From Eledone cirrhosa (taxonomy: Eukaryota), in the NCBI GenBank assembly GCA_964016885.1, contig CAXHJY010000139.1, forward strand, positions 32,919 to 96,918: DNA of 64,000 nt. Direction: 5' to 3'. The notes beneath the pieces were generated by a model. The model saw only the letters and a list, made by a program, of their open reading frames with translations, did no database searches and was not told where the DNA came from. The translations under genes were made by a program, and so were the position numbers. Positions 39,901-52,600 of the stretch are shown here, one piece after another (the stretch's first letter is position 1; the number at the start of each line of letters is the position of its first letter).

Positions 39901-42125
39901 CTTAGCTTGGCTTAGGATAGCTTAGCTTAGCTTGGCTTAGGATAGCTTAGCTTAGCTTAGCTTAGGATAGCTTAGCTTAGCTTAGCTTAGGATAGCTTAG
40001 CTTAGCTTAGCTTAGGATAGCTTAGCTTAGCTTAGGATAGCTTAGCTTAGTTTAGGATAGCTTAGCTTAGCTTAGCTTAGGATAGCTTAGGATAGCTTAG
40101 CTTAGGATAGCTTAGGATAGCTTAGCTTAGGATAGCTTAGGATAGCTTAGGTTAGGATAGCTTAGCTTAGGATAGCTTAGGATAGCTTAGCTTAGGATAG
40201 CTTAGGATAGCTTAGCTTATGATAGCTTAGGATAGCTTAGCTTAGGATAGCTTAGCTTAGGATAGCTTAGGAAAGCTTAGCTTAGCTTAGCTTAGGATAG
40301 CTTAGCTTAGCTTAGCTTAGGATAGCTTAGCTTAGCTTAGCTTAGGATAGCTTAGGATAGCTTAGCTTAGGATAGCTTAGGATAGCTTAGCTTAGGATAG
40401 CTTAGCTTAGGATAGCTTAGCTTAGGATAGCTTAGCTTAGGATAGCTTAGGATAGCTTAGCTTAGGATAGCTTAGGATAGCTTAGCTTAGGATAGCTTAG
40501 CTTAGGATAGCTTAGGATAGCTTAGCTTAGCTTAGCTTAGGAAAGCTTAGCTTAGCTTAGCTTAGTATAGCTTAGCTTAGCTTAGCTTAGCTTAGGATAG
40601 CTTAGCTTAGCTTAGCTTAGGATAGCTTAGGATAGCTTAGCTTAGGATAGCTTAGGATAGCTTAGCTTAGGATAGCTTAGGATAGCTTAGCTTAGGATAG
40701 CTTAGGATAGCTTAGCTTAGGATAGCTTAGCTTAGGATAGCTTAGCTTAGCTTAGCTTAGGATAGCTTAGCTTAGGATAGCTTAGGATAGCTTAGCTTAG
40801 GATAGCTTAGCTTAGGATAGCTTAGGATAGCTTAGCTTAGCTTAGCTTAGGATAGCTTAGCTTAGCTTAGCTTAGGATAGCTTAGCTTAGCTTAGGATAG
40901 CTTAGCTTAGCTTAGCTTAGGATAGCTTAGCTTAGCTTAGCTTAGGATAGCTTAGCTTAGCTTAGCTTAGGATAGCTTAGCTTAGCTTAGCTTAGGATAG
41001 CTTAGCTTAGCTTAGGATAGCTTAGCTTAGGATAGCTTAGGATAGCTTAGCTTAGGATAGCTTAGCTTAGGATAGCTTAGCTTAGGTTAGCTTAGCTTAG
41101 CTTAGCTTAGGATAGCTTAGGATAGCTTAGCTTAGGATAGCTTAGCTTAGCTTAGCTTAGGATAGCTTAGCTTAGCTTAGCTTAGGATAGCTTAGCTTAG
41201 CTTAGGATAGCTTAGCTTAGGATAGCTTAGGATAGCTTAGCTTAGCTTAGCTTAGGAAAGCTTAGCTTAGCTTAGCTTAGGATAGCTTAGCTTAGCTTAG
41301 GATAGCTTAGCTTAGCTTAGCTTAGGATAGCTTAGCTTAGCTTAGCTTAGGATAGCTTAGCTTAGGTTAGCTTAGGATAGCTTAGGATAGCTTAGGATAG
41401 CTTAGCTTAGCTTAGCTTAGCTTAGGATAGCTTAGCTTAGCTTAGCTTAGGATAGCTTAGCTTAGCTTAGCTTAGGATAGCTTAGCTTAGCTTAGGATAG
41501 CTTAGCTTAGCTTAGGATAGCTTAGCTTAGCTTAGGATAGCTTAGCTTAGCTTAGCTTAGGATAGCTTAGCTTAGCTTAGCTTAGGATAGCTTAGCTTAG
41601 CTTAGCTTAGGATAGCTTAGCTTAGCTTAGCTTAGGATAGCTTAGCTTAGCTTAGCTTAGGATAGATTAGCTTAGCTTAGGATAGCTTAGCTTAGCTTAG
41701 CTTAGGAAAGCTTAGCTTAGCTTAGGATAGCTTAGCTTAGCTTAGCTTAGGAGAGCTTAGCTTAGCTTAGCTTAGGAAAACTTAGCTTAGCTTAGCTTAG
41801 CTTAGGATAGCTTAGCTTAGCTTAGCTTAGGTAGCTTAGCTTAGCTTAGCTTAGGATAGCTTAGCTTAGCTTAGCTTAGCTTAGCTTAGGATAGCTTAGC
41901 TTAGCTTAGCTTAGGAGAGCTTAGCTTAGCTTAGGATAGCTTAGGATAGCTTAGCTTAGGATAGCTTAGGATAGCTTACCTTAGGAGAGCTTAGCTTAGG
42001 ATAGCTTAGCTTAGGATAGCTTAGGATAGCTTAGCTTAGGATAGCTTAGCTTAGGATAGCTTAGCTTAGGATAGCTTAGGATAGCTTAGCTTGGCTTAGC
42101 TTAGGATAGCTTAGCTTGGCTTAGC
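34000..42125 (+). repeat. Tandem duplication, period 4,063 bp (copy 1 ~34000-38062, copy 2 ~38063-42125)
   Basis: GGTA 34308/38371 and 37767/41830, CCTTA 34457/38520, GCATG-GGTTA 35197/39260, GCTTG 38026/42089. Confidence 0.93.
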
Positions 42126-45100
42126 TTAGGATAGCTTAGCTTAGCTTAGCTTAGGATAGCTTAGCTTAGGATAGCTTAGCTTAGCTTAGCTTAGGATAGC
42201 TTAGCTTAGCTTAGCTTAGGATAGCTTAGCTTAGGATAGCTTAGCTTAGCTTAGCTTAGGATAGCTTAGCATAGCTTAGCTTAGGATAGCTTAGCTTAGC
42301 TTAGCTTAGGATAGCTTAGCTTAGCTTAGCTTAGGATAGCTTAGCTTAGCTTAGCTTAGGATAGCTTAGCTTAGCTTAGCTTAGGATAGCTTAGCTTAGC
42401 TTAGCTTAGGATAGCTTAGCATAGCTTAGCTTAGGATAGCTTAGCTTAGCTTAGCTTAGGATAGCTTAGCTTAGCTTAGGATAGCTTAGCTTAGCTTGGC
42501 TTAGGATAGCTTAGCTTAGCTTGGCTTAGGATAGCTTAGCTTAGCTCAGCTTAGGATAGCTTAGCTTAGGATAGCTTAGGATAGCTTAGCTTAGCTTAGC
42601 TTAGGATAGCTTAGCTTAGTTTAGGATAGCTTAGCTTAGCTTAGCTTAGGATAGCTTAGGATAGCTTAGCTTAGGATAGCTTAGGATAGCTTAGCTTAGG
42701 ATAGCTTAGGATAGCTTAGCTTAGGATAGCTTAGGATAGCTTAGGTTAGGATAGCTTAGCTTAGGATAGCTTAGGATAGCTTAGCTTAGGATAGCTTAGG
42801 ATAGCTTAGCTTAGGATAGCTTAGGATAGCTTAGCTTAGGATAGCTTAGCTTAGGATAGCTTAGGAAAGCTTAGCTTAGCTTAGCTTAGGATAGCTTAGC
42901 TTAGCTTAGCTTAGGATAGCTTAGCTTAGCTTAGCTTAGGATAGCTTAGGATAGCTTAGCTTAGGATAGCTTAGGATAGCTTAGCTTAGGATAGCTTAGC
43001 TTAGGATAGCTTAGCTTAGGATAGCTTAGGATAGCTTAGCTTAGGATAGCTTAGGATAGCTTAGCTTAGGATAGCTTAGCTTAGGATAGCTTAGGATAGC
43101 TTAGCTTAGCTTAGCTTAGGATAGCTTAGCTTAGCTTAGGATAGCTTAGCTTAGCTTAGCTTAGCTTAGGATAGCTTAGCTTAGCTTAGGATAGCTTAGG
43201 ATAGCTTAGCTTAGGATAGCTTAGGATAGCTTAGCTTAGGATAGCTTAGGATAGCTTAGCTTAGGATAGCTTAGGATAGCTTAGCTTAGGATAGCTTAGC
43301 TTAGGATAGCTTAGCTTAGCTTAGCTTAGGATAGCTTAGCTTAGGATAGCTTAGGATATCTTAGGTTAGGATAGCTTAGCTTAGGATAGCTTAGGATAGA
43401 TTAGCTTAGCTTAGCTTAGGATAGCTTAGCTTAGCTTAGCTTAGGATAGCTTAGCTTAGCTTAGGATAGCTTAGCTTAGCTTAGCTTAGGATAGCTTAGC
43501 TTAGCTTAGCTTAGGATAGCTTAGCTTAGCTTAGGATAGCTTAGCTTAGCTTAGCTTAGGATAGCTTAGCTTAGCTTAGCTTAGGATAGCTTAGCTTAGG
43601 ATAGCTTAGCTTAGGATAGCTTAGCTTAGGTTAGCTTAGCTTAGCTTAGCTTAGGATAGCTTAGGATAGCTTAGCTTAGGATAACTTAGCTTAGCTTAGC
43701 TTAGGATAGCTTAGCTTAGCTTAGCTTAGGATAGCTTAGCTTAGCTTAGCTTAGGATAGCTTAGCTTAGGATAGCTTAGGATTGCTTAGCTTAGCTTAGC
43801 TTAGGATAGCTTAGCTTAGCTTAGCTTAGGATAGCTTAGCTTAGCTTAGGATAGCTTAGCTTAGCTTAGCTTAGGATAGCTTAGCTTAGCTTAGCTTAGG
43901 ATAGCTTAGCTTAGCTTAGCTTAGGATAGCTAAGGATAGCTTAGGATAGCTTAGCTTAGCTTAGCTTAGGATAGCTTAGCTTAGCTTAGGATAGCTTAGC
44001 TTAGCTTAGCTTAGGATAGCTTAGCTTAGCTTAGGATAGCTTAGCTTAGCTTAGCTTAGGATAGCTTAGCTTAGCTTAGCTTAGGATAGCTTAGCTTAGC
44101 TTAGCTTAGGATAGCTTAGCTTAGCTTAGCTTAGGATAGCTTAGCTTAGCTTAGCTTAGGATAGATTAGCTTAGCTTAGGATAGCTTAGCTTAGCTTAGC
44201 TTAGGAAAGCTTAGCTTAGCTTAGGATAGCTTAGCTTAGCTTAGCTTAGGAGAGCTTAGCTTAGCTTAGCTTAGGATAGCTTAGCTTAGCTTAGCTTAGG
44301 ATAGCTTAGCTTAGCTTAGGTAGCTTAGCTTAGCTTAGCTTAGGATAGCTTAGCTTAGCTTAGCTTAGCTTAGGATAGCTTAGCTTAGCTTAGCTTAGGA
44401 GAGCTTAGCTTAGCTTAGCTTAGGGTAGCTTAGGATAGCTTAGCTTAGGATAGCTTAGGATAGCTTACCTTAGGAGAGCTTAGCTTAGGATAGCTTAGCT
44501 TAGGATAGCTTAGGATAGCTTAGCTTAGGATAGCTTAGCTTAGGATAGCTTAGCTTAGGATAGCTTAGGATAGCTTAGCTTAGCTTAGCTTAGGATAGCT
44601 TAGCTTAGCTTAGCTTAGGATAGCTTAGCTTAGGTTAGCTTAGCTTAGCTTAGCTTAGCTTAGGATAGCTTAGCTTAGGATAGCTTAGGATAGCTTAGGA
44701 TAGCTTAGCTTAGGATAGCTTAGCTTAGGATAGCTTAGGATAGCTTAGCTTAGGATAGCTTAGGATAGCTTAGCTTAGGATAGCTTAGCTTAGGATAGCT
44801 TAGGATAGCTTAGCTTAGCTTAGCTTAGGATAGCTTAGCTTAGCTTAGCTTAGGATAGCTTAGCTTAGCTTAGGATTGCTTAGCTTAGCTTAGCTTAGGA
44901 TAGCTTAGGATAGCTTAGCTTAGGATAGCTTAGCTTAGGATAGCTTAGGATAGCTTAGGATAGCTTAGCTTAGCTTAGCTTAGGATAGCTTAGCTTAGCT
45001 TAGCTTAGGATAGCTTAGCTTAGCTTAGGATAGCTTAGCTTAGCTTAGGATAGCTTAGCTTAGCTTAGCTTAGGATAGCTTAGCTTAGCTTAGCTTAGGA

Positions 45101-46960
45101 CAGCTTAGCTTAGCTTAGCTTAGCTTAGCTTAGGATAGCTTAGCTTAGCTTAGGATAGCTTAGCTTAGCTTAGCTTAGGATAGCTTAGCTTAGGATAGCT
45201 TAGCTTAGGATAGCTTAGCATGGGTTAGCTTAGCTTAGCTTAGCTTAGGATAGCTTAGGATAGCTTAGCTTAGGATAGCTTAGCTTAGCTTAGCTTAGGA
45301 TAGCTTAGCTTAGCTTAGCTTAGGATAGCTTAGCTTAGCTTAGCTTAGCTTAGGATAGCTTAGCTTAGCTTAGCTTAGGATAGCTTAGCTTAGCTTAGGA
45401 TAGTTTAGCTTAGCTTAGCTTAGGATAGCTTAGCTTAGCTTAGCTTAGGATAGCTTAGCTTAGCTTAGGATAGCTTAGCTTAGCTTAGCTTAGGATAGCT
45501 TAGCTTAGCTTAGCTTAGGATAGCTTAGCTTAGCTTAGGATAGCTTAGCTTAGCTTAGGATAGCTTAGCTTAGCTTAGCTTAGGATAGCTTAGCTTAGCT
45601 TAGCTTAGGATAGCTTAGCTTAGGATAGCTTAGCTTAGCTTAGCTTAGGATAGCTTAGCTTAGCTTAGCTTAGGATAGCTTAGCTTAGCTTAGCTTAGGA
45701 TAGCTTAGCTTAGCTTAGCTTAGGATAGCTTAGCTTGGCTTAGCTTAGGATAGCTTAGCTTAGCTTAGCTTAGGATAGCTTAGCTTAGCTTAGCTTAGGA
45801 TAGCTTAGCTTAGCTTAGCTTAGGATAGCTTAGCTTAGCTTAGCTTAGGATTGCTTAGCTTAGCTTGGCTTAGGATAGCTTAGCTTAGCTTGGCTTAGGA
45901 TAGCTTAGCTTAGCTTAGCTTAGGATAGCTTAGCTTAGCTTAGCTTAGGATAGCTTAGCTTAGCTTAGCTTAGGATAGCTTAGCTTAGCTTAGGATAGCT
46001 TAGCTTAGTTTAGGATAGCTTAGCTTAGCTTAGCTTAGGATAGCTTAGGATAGCTTAGCTTAGGATAGCTTAGGATAGCTTAGCTTAGGATAGCTTAGGA
46101 TAGCTTAGGTTAGGATAGCTTAGCTTAGGATAGCTTAGGATAGCTTAGCTTAGGATAGCTTAGGATAGCTTAGCTTATGATAGCTTAGGATAGCTTAGCT
46201 TAGGATAGCTTAGCTTAGGATAGCTTAGGAAAGCTTAGCTTAGCTTAGCTTAGGATAGCTTAGCTTAGCTTAGCTTAGGATAGCTTAGCTTAGCTTAGCT
46301 TAGGATAGCTTAGGATAGCTTAGCTTAGGATAGCTTAGGATAGCTTAGCTTAGGATAGCTTAGCTTAGGATAGCTTAGCTTAGGATAGCTTAGCTTAGGA
46401 TAGCTTAGGATAGCTTAGCTTAGGATAGCTTAGGATAGCTTAGCTTAGGATAGCTTAGCTTAGGATAGCTTAGGATAGCTTAGCTTAGCTTAGCTTAGGA
46501 AAGCTTAGCTTAGCTTAGCTTAGTATAGCTTAGCTTAGCTTAGCTTAGCTTAGGATAGCTTAGCTTAGCTTAGCTTAGGATAGCTTAGGATAGCTTAGCT
46601 TAGGATAGCTTAGGATAGCTTAGCTTAGGATAGCTTAGGATAGCTTAGCTTAGGATAGCTTAGGATAGCTTAGCTTAGGATAGCTTAGCTTAGGATAGCT
46701 TAGCTTAGCTTAGCTTAGGATAGCTTAGCTTAGGATAGCTTAGGATAGCTTAGCTTAGGATAGCTTAGCTTAGGATAGCTTAGGATAGCTTAGCTTAGCT
46801 TAGCTTAGGATAGCTTAGCTTAGCTTAGCTTAGGATAGCTTAGCTTAGCTTAGGATAGCTTAGCTTAGCTTAGCTTAGGATAGCTTAGCTTAGCTTAGCT
46901 TAGGATAGCTTAGCTTAGCTTAGCTTAGGATAGCTTAGCTTAGCTTAGCTTAGGATAGCT
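42110..46960 (+). repeat. Copy of the ~32100-36950 block at offset 10,011 bp (10,021 after a 10-bp expansion near 45100)
   Basis: GCTTG 32103/42114, GCATA 32258/42269, GATATC 33344/43355, GCTAA 33918/43929, GGTA 34308/44319, GCATG 35197/45218. Confidence 0.9.
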
Positions 46961-49610
46961 TAGCTTAGCTTAGGTAGCTTAGCTTAGCTTAGCTTAGGAT
47001 AGCTTAGCTTAGCTTAGCTTAGCTTAGGATAGCTTAGCTTAGCTTAGCTTAGGAGAGCTTAGCTTAGCTTAGCTTAGGGTAGCTTAGGATAGCTTAGCTT
47101 AGGATAGCTTAGGATAGCTTACCTTAGGAGAGCTTAGCTTAGGATAGCTTAGCTTAGGATAGCTTAGGATAGCTTAGCTTAGGATAGCTTAGCTTAGGAT
47201 AGCTTAGCTTAGGATAGCTTAGGATAGCTTAGCTTAGCTTAGCTTAGGATAGCTTAGCTTAGCTTAGCTTAGGATAGCTTAGCTTAGGTTAGCTTAGCTT
47301 AGCTTAGCTTAGCTTAGGATAGCTTAGCTTAGGATAGCTTAGGATAGCTTAGGATAGCTTAGCTTAGGATAGCTTAGCTTAGGATAGCTTAGGATAGCTT
47401 AGCTTAGGATAGCTTAGGATAGCTTAGCTTAGGATAGCTTAGCTTAGGATAGCTTAGGATAGCTTAGCTTAGCTTAGCTTAGGATAGCTTAGCTTAGCTT
47501 AGCTTAGGATAGCTTAGCTTAGCTTAGGATTGCTTAGCTTAGCTTAGCTTAGGATAGCTTAGGATAGCTTAGCTTAGGATAGCTTAGCTTAGGATAGCTT
47601 AGGATAGCTTAGGATAGCTTAGCTTAGCTTAGCTTAGGATAGCTTAGCTTAGCTTAGCTTAGGATAGCTTAGCTTAGCTTAGGATAGCTTAGCTTAGCTT
47701 AGGATAGCTTAGCTTAGCTTAGCTTAGGATAGCTTAGCTTAGCTTAGCTTAGGACAGCTTAGCTTAGCTTAGCTTAGGATAGCTTAGCTTAGCTTAGGAT
47801 AGCTTAGCTTAGCTTAGCTTAGGATAGCTTAGCTTAGGATAGCTTAGCTTAGGATAGCTTAGCATGGGTTAGCTTAGCTTAGCTTAGCTTAGGATAGCTT
47901 AGGATAGCTTAGCTTAGGATAGCTTAGCTTAGCTTAGCTTAGGATAGCTTAGCTTAGCTTAGCTTAGGATAGCTTAGCTTAGCTTAGCTTAGCTTAGGAT
48001 AGCTTAGCTTAGCTTAGCTTAGGATAGCTTAGCTTAGCTTAGGATAGTTTAGCTTAGCTTAGCTTAGGATAGCTTAGCTTAGCTTAGCTTAGAATAGCTT
48101 AGCTTAGCTTAGGATAGCTTAGCTTAGCTTAGCTTAGGATAGCTTAGCTTAGCTTAGCTTAGGATAGCTTAGCTTAGCTTAGGATAGCTTAGCTTAGCTT
48201 AGGATAGCTTAGCTTAGCTTAGCTTAGGATAGCTTAGCTTAGCTTAGCTTAGGATAGCTTAGCTTAGGATAGCTTAGCTTAGCTTAGCTTAGGATAGCTT
48301 AGCTTAGCTTAGCTTAGGATAGCTTAGCTTAGCTTAGCTTAGGATAGCTTAGCTTAGCTTAGCTTAGGATAGCTTAGCTTGGCTTAGCTTAGGATAGCTT
48401 AGCTTAGCTTAGCTTAGGATAGCTTAGCTTAGCTTAGCTTAGGATAGCTTAGCTTAGCTTAGCTTAGGATAGCTTAGCTTAGCTTAGCTTAGGATTGCTT
48501 AGCTTAGCTTGGCTTAGGATAGCTTAGCTTAGCTTGGCTTAGGATAGCTTAGCTTAGCTTAGCTTAGGATAGCTTAGCTTAGCTTAGCTTAGGATAGCTT
48601 AGCTTAGCTTAGCTTAGGATAGCTTAGCTTAGCTTAGGATAGCTTAGCTTAGTTTAGGATAGCTTAGCTTAGCTTAGCTTAGGATAGCTTAGGATAGCTT
48701 AGCTTAGGATAGCTTAGGATAGCTTAGCTTAGGATAGCTTAGGATAGCTTAGGTTAGGATAGCTTAGCTTAGGATAGCTTAGGATAGCTTAGCTTAGGAT
48801 AGCTTAGGATAGCTTAGCTTATGATAGCTTAGGATAGCTTAGCTTAGGATAGCTTAGCTTAGGATAGCTTAGGAAAGCTTAGCTTAGCTTAGCTTAGGAT
48901 AGCTTAGCTTAGCTTAGCTTAGGATAGCTTAGCTTAGCTTAGCTTAGGATAGCTTAGGATAGCTTAGCTTAGGATAGCTTAGGATAGCTTAGCTTAGGAT
49001 AGCTTAGCTTAGGATAGCTTAGCTTAGGATAGCTTAGCTTAGGATAGCTTAGGATAGCTTAGCTTAGGATAGCTTAGGATAGCTTAGCTTAGGATAGCTT
49101 AGCTTAGGATAGCTTAGGATAGCTTAGCTTAGCTTAGCTTAGGAAAGCTTAGCTTAGCTTAGCTTAGTATAGCTTAGCTTAGCTTAGCTTAGCTTAGGAT
49201 AGCTTAGCTTAGCTTAGCTTAGGATAGCTTAGGATAGCTTAGCTTAGGATAGCTTAGGATAGCTTAGCTTAGGATAGCTTAGGATAGCTTAGCTTAGGAT
49301 AGCTTAGGATAGCTTAGCTTAGGATAGCTTAGCTTAGGATAGCTTAGCTTAGCTTAGCTTAGGATAGCTTAGCTTAGGATAGCTTAGGATAGCTTAGCTT
49401 AGGATAGCTTAGCTTAGGATAGCTTAGGATAGCTTAGCTTAGCTTAGCTTAGGATAGCTTAGCTTAGCTTAGCTTAGGATAGCTTAGCTTAGCTTAGGAT
49501 AGCTTAGCTTAGCTTAGCTTAGGATAGCTTAGCTTAGCTTAGCTTAGGATAGCTTAGCTTAGCTTAGCTTAGGATAGCTTAGCTTAGCTTAGCTTAGGAT
49601 AGCTTAGCTT
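44300..49610 (+). repeat. Tandem duplication, period about 2,644-2,654 bp (junction near 46960-46975)
   Basis: GGTA 44319/46973, CCTTA 44468/47122, GCATG-GGTTA 45218/47862; the marker order restarts at about 46970. Confidence 0.85.
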
Positions 49611-52600
49611 AGCTTAGGATAGCTTAGCTTAGGATAGCTTAGGATAGCTTAGCTTAGGATAGCTTAGCTTAGGATAGCTTAGCTTAGGTTAGCTTAGCTT
49701 AGCTTAGCTTAGGATAGCTTAGGATAGCTTAGCTTAGGATAGCTTAGCTTAGCTTAGCTTAGGATAGCTTAGCTTAGCTTAGCTTAGGATAGCTTAGCTT
49801 AGCTTAGGATAGCTTAGCTTAGGATAGCTTAGGATAGCTTAGCTTAGCTTAGCTTAGGAAAGCTTAGCTTAGCTTAGCTTAGGATAGCTTAGCTTAGCTT
49901 AGGATAGCTTAGCTTAGCTTAGCTTAGGATAGCTTAGCTTAGCTTAGCTTAGGATAGCTTAGCTTAGGTTAGCTTAGGATAGCTTAGGATAGCTTAGGAT
50001 AGCTTAGCTTAGCTTAGCTTAGCTTAGGATAGCTTAGCTTAGCTTAGCTTAGGATAGCTTAGCTTAGCTTAGCTTAGGATAGCTTAGCTTAGCTTAGGAT
50101 AGCTTAGCTTAGCTTAGGATAGCTTAGCTTAGCTTAGGATAGCTTAGCTTAGCTTAGCTTAGGATAGCTTAGCTTAGCTTAGCTTAGGATAGCTTAGCTT
50201 AGCTTAGCTTAGGATAGCTTAGCTTAGCTTAGCTTAGGATAGCTTAGCTTAGCTTAGCTTAGGATAGATTAGCTTAGCTTAGGATAGCTTAGCTTAGCTT
50301 AGCTTAGGAAAGCTTAGCTTAGCTTAGGATAGCTTAGCTTAGCTTAGCTTAGGAGAGCTTAGCTTAGCTTAGCTTAGGAAAACTTAGCTTAGCTTAGCTT
50401 AGCTTAGGATAGCTTAGCTTAGCTTAGCTTAGGTAGCTTAGCTTAGCTTAGCTTAGGATAGCTTAGCTTAGCTTAGCTTAGCTTAGCTTAGGATAGCTTA
50501 GCTTAGCTTAGCTTAGGAGAGCTTAGCTTAGCTTAGGATAGCTTAGGATAGCTTAGCTTAGGATAGCTTAGGATAGCTTACCTTAGGAGAGCTTAGCTTA
50601 GGATAGCTTAGCTTAGGATAGCTTAGGATAGCTTAGCTTAGGATAGCTTAGCTTAGGATAGCTTAGCTTAGGATAGCTTAGGATAGCTTAGCTTAGCTTA
50701 GCTTAGGATAGCTTAGCTTAGCTTAGCTTAGGATAGCTTAGCTTAGGTTAGCTTAGCTTAGGATAGCTTAGGATAGCTTAGCTTAGGATAGCTTAGGATA
50801 GCTTAGCTTAGGATAGCTTAGGATAGCTTAGCTTAGGAGAGCTTAGCTTAGGATAGCTTAGGATAGCTTAGCTTAGGATAGCTTAGGATAGCTTAGCTTA
50901 GGATAGCTTAGGATAGCTTAGCTTAGGATAGCTTAGCTTAGGATAGCTTAGGATAGCTTAGCTTAGCTTAGCTTAGGATAGCTTAGCTTAGCTTAGCTTA
51001 GGATAGCTTAGCTTAGCTTAGCTTAGGATAGCTTAGCTTAGCTTAGCTTAGGATAGCTTAGGATAGCTTAGCTTAGGATAGCTTAGGATAGCTTAGCTTA
51101 GGATAGCTTAGGATAGCTTAGGATAGCTTAGCTTAGCTTAGCTTAGGATAGCTTAGCTTAGCTTAGCTTAGGATAGCTTAGCTTAGCTTAGCTTAGGATA
51201 GCTTAGCTTAGCTTAGGATAGCTTAGCTTAGCTTAGCTTAGGATAGCTTAGCTTAGCTTAGGATAGCTTAGCTTAGCTTAGCTTAGGATAGCTTAGCTTA
51301 GCTTAGGATAGCTTAGCTTAGCTTAGCTTAGGATAGCTTAGCTTAGCTTAGCTTAGGATAGCTTAGCTTAGGATAGCTTAGCTTAGGATAGCTTAGCTTA
51401 GGTTAGCTTAGCTTAGCTTAGCTTAGGATAGCTTAGGATAGCTTAGCTTAGGATAGCTTAGCTTAGCTTAGCTTAGGATAGCTTAGCTTAGCTTAGCTTA
51501 GGATAGCTTAGCTTAGCTTAGCTTAGGATAGCTTAGCTTAGGATAGCTTAGGATAGCTTAGCTTAGCTTAGCTTAGGATAGCTTAGCTTAGCTTAGCTTA
51601 GGATAGCTTAGCTTAGCTTAGGATAGCTTAGCTTAGCTTAGCTTAGGATAGCTTAGCTTAGCTTAGCTTAGGATAGCTTAGCTTAGCTTAGGATAGCTTA
51701 GGATAGCTTAGGATAGCTTAGCTTAGCTTAGCTTAGGATAGCTTAGCTTAGCTTAGCTTAGGATAGCTTAGCTTAGCTTAGCTTAGGATAGCTTAGCTTA
51801 GCTTAGGATAGCTTAGCTTAACTTAGCTTAGGATAGCTTAGCTTAGCTTAGCTTAGGATAGCTTAGCTTAGCTTAGCTTAGGATAGCTTAGCTTAGCTTA
51901 GCTTAGGATAGCTTAGCTTAGCTTAGCTTAGGAGAGCTTAGCTTAGCTTAGCTTAGGATAGATTAGCTTAGCTTAGGATAGCTTAGCTTAGCTTAGCTTA
52001 GGAAAGCTTAGCTTAGCTTAGGATAGCTTAGCTTAGCTTAGCTTAGGAGAGCTTAGCTTAGCTTAGGATAGCTTAGCTTAGCTTAGCTTAGGATAGCTTA
52101 GCTTAGCTTAGCTTAGGTAGCTTAGCTTAGCTTAGCTTAGGATAGCTTAGCTTAGCTTAGCTTAGCTTAGGATAGCTTAGCTTAGCTTAGCTTAGGATAG
52201 CTTAGCTTAGCTTAGCTTAGGATAGCTTAGGATAGCTTAGCTTAGGATAGCTTAGGATAGCTTACCTTAGGAGAGCTTAGCTTAGGATAGCTTAGCTTAG
52301 GATAGCTTAGGATAGCTTAGCTTAGGATAGCTTAGCTTAGGATAGCTTAGCTTAGGATAGCTTAGGATAGCTTAGCTTAGCTTAGCTTAGGATAGCTTAG
52401 CTTAGCTTAGCTTAGGATAGCTTAGCTTAGGTTAGCTTAGCTTAGCTTAGCTTAGGATAGCTTAGCTTAGGATAGCTTAGGATAGCTTAGCTTAGGATAG
52501 CTTAGCTTAGGATAGCTTAGCTTAGCTTTGCTTAGGATAGCTTAGCTTAGCTTAGCTTAGGATAGCTTAGCTTAGCTTAGCTTAGGATAGCTTAGCTTAG

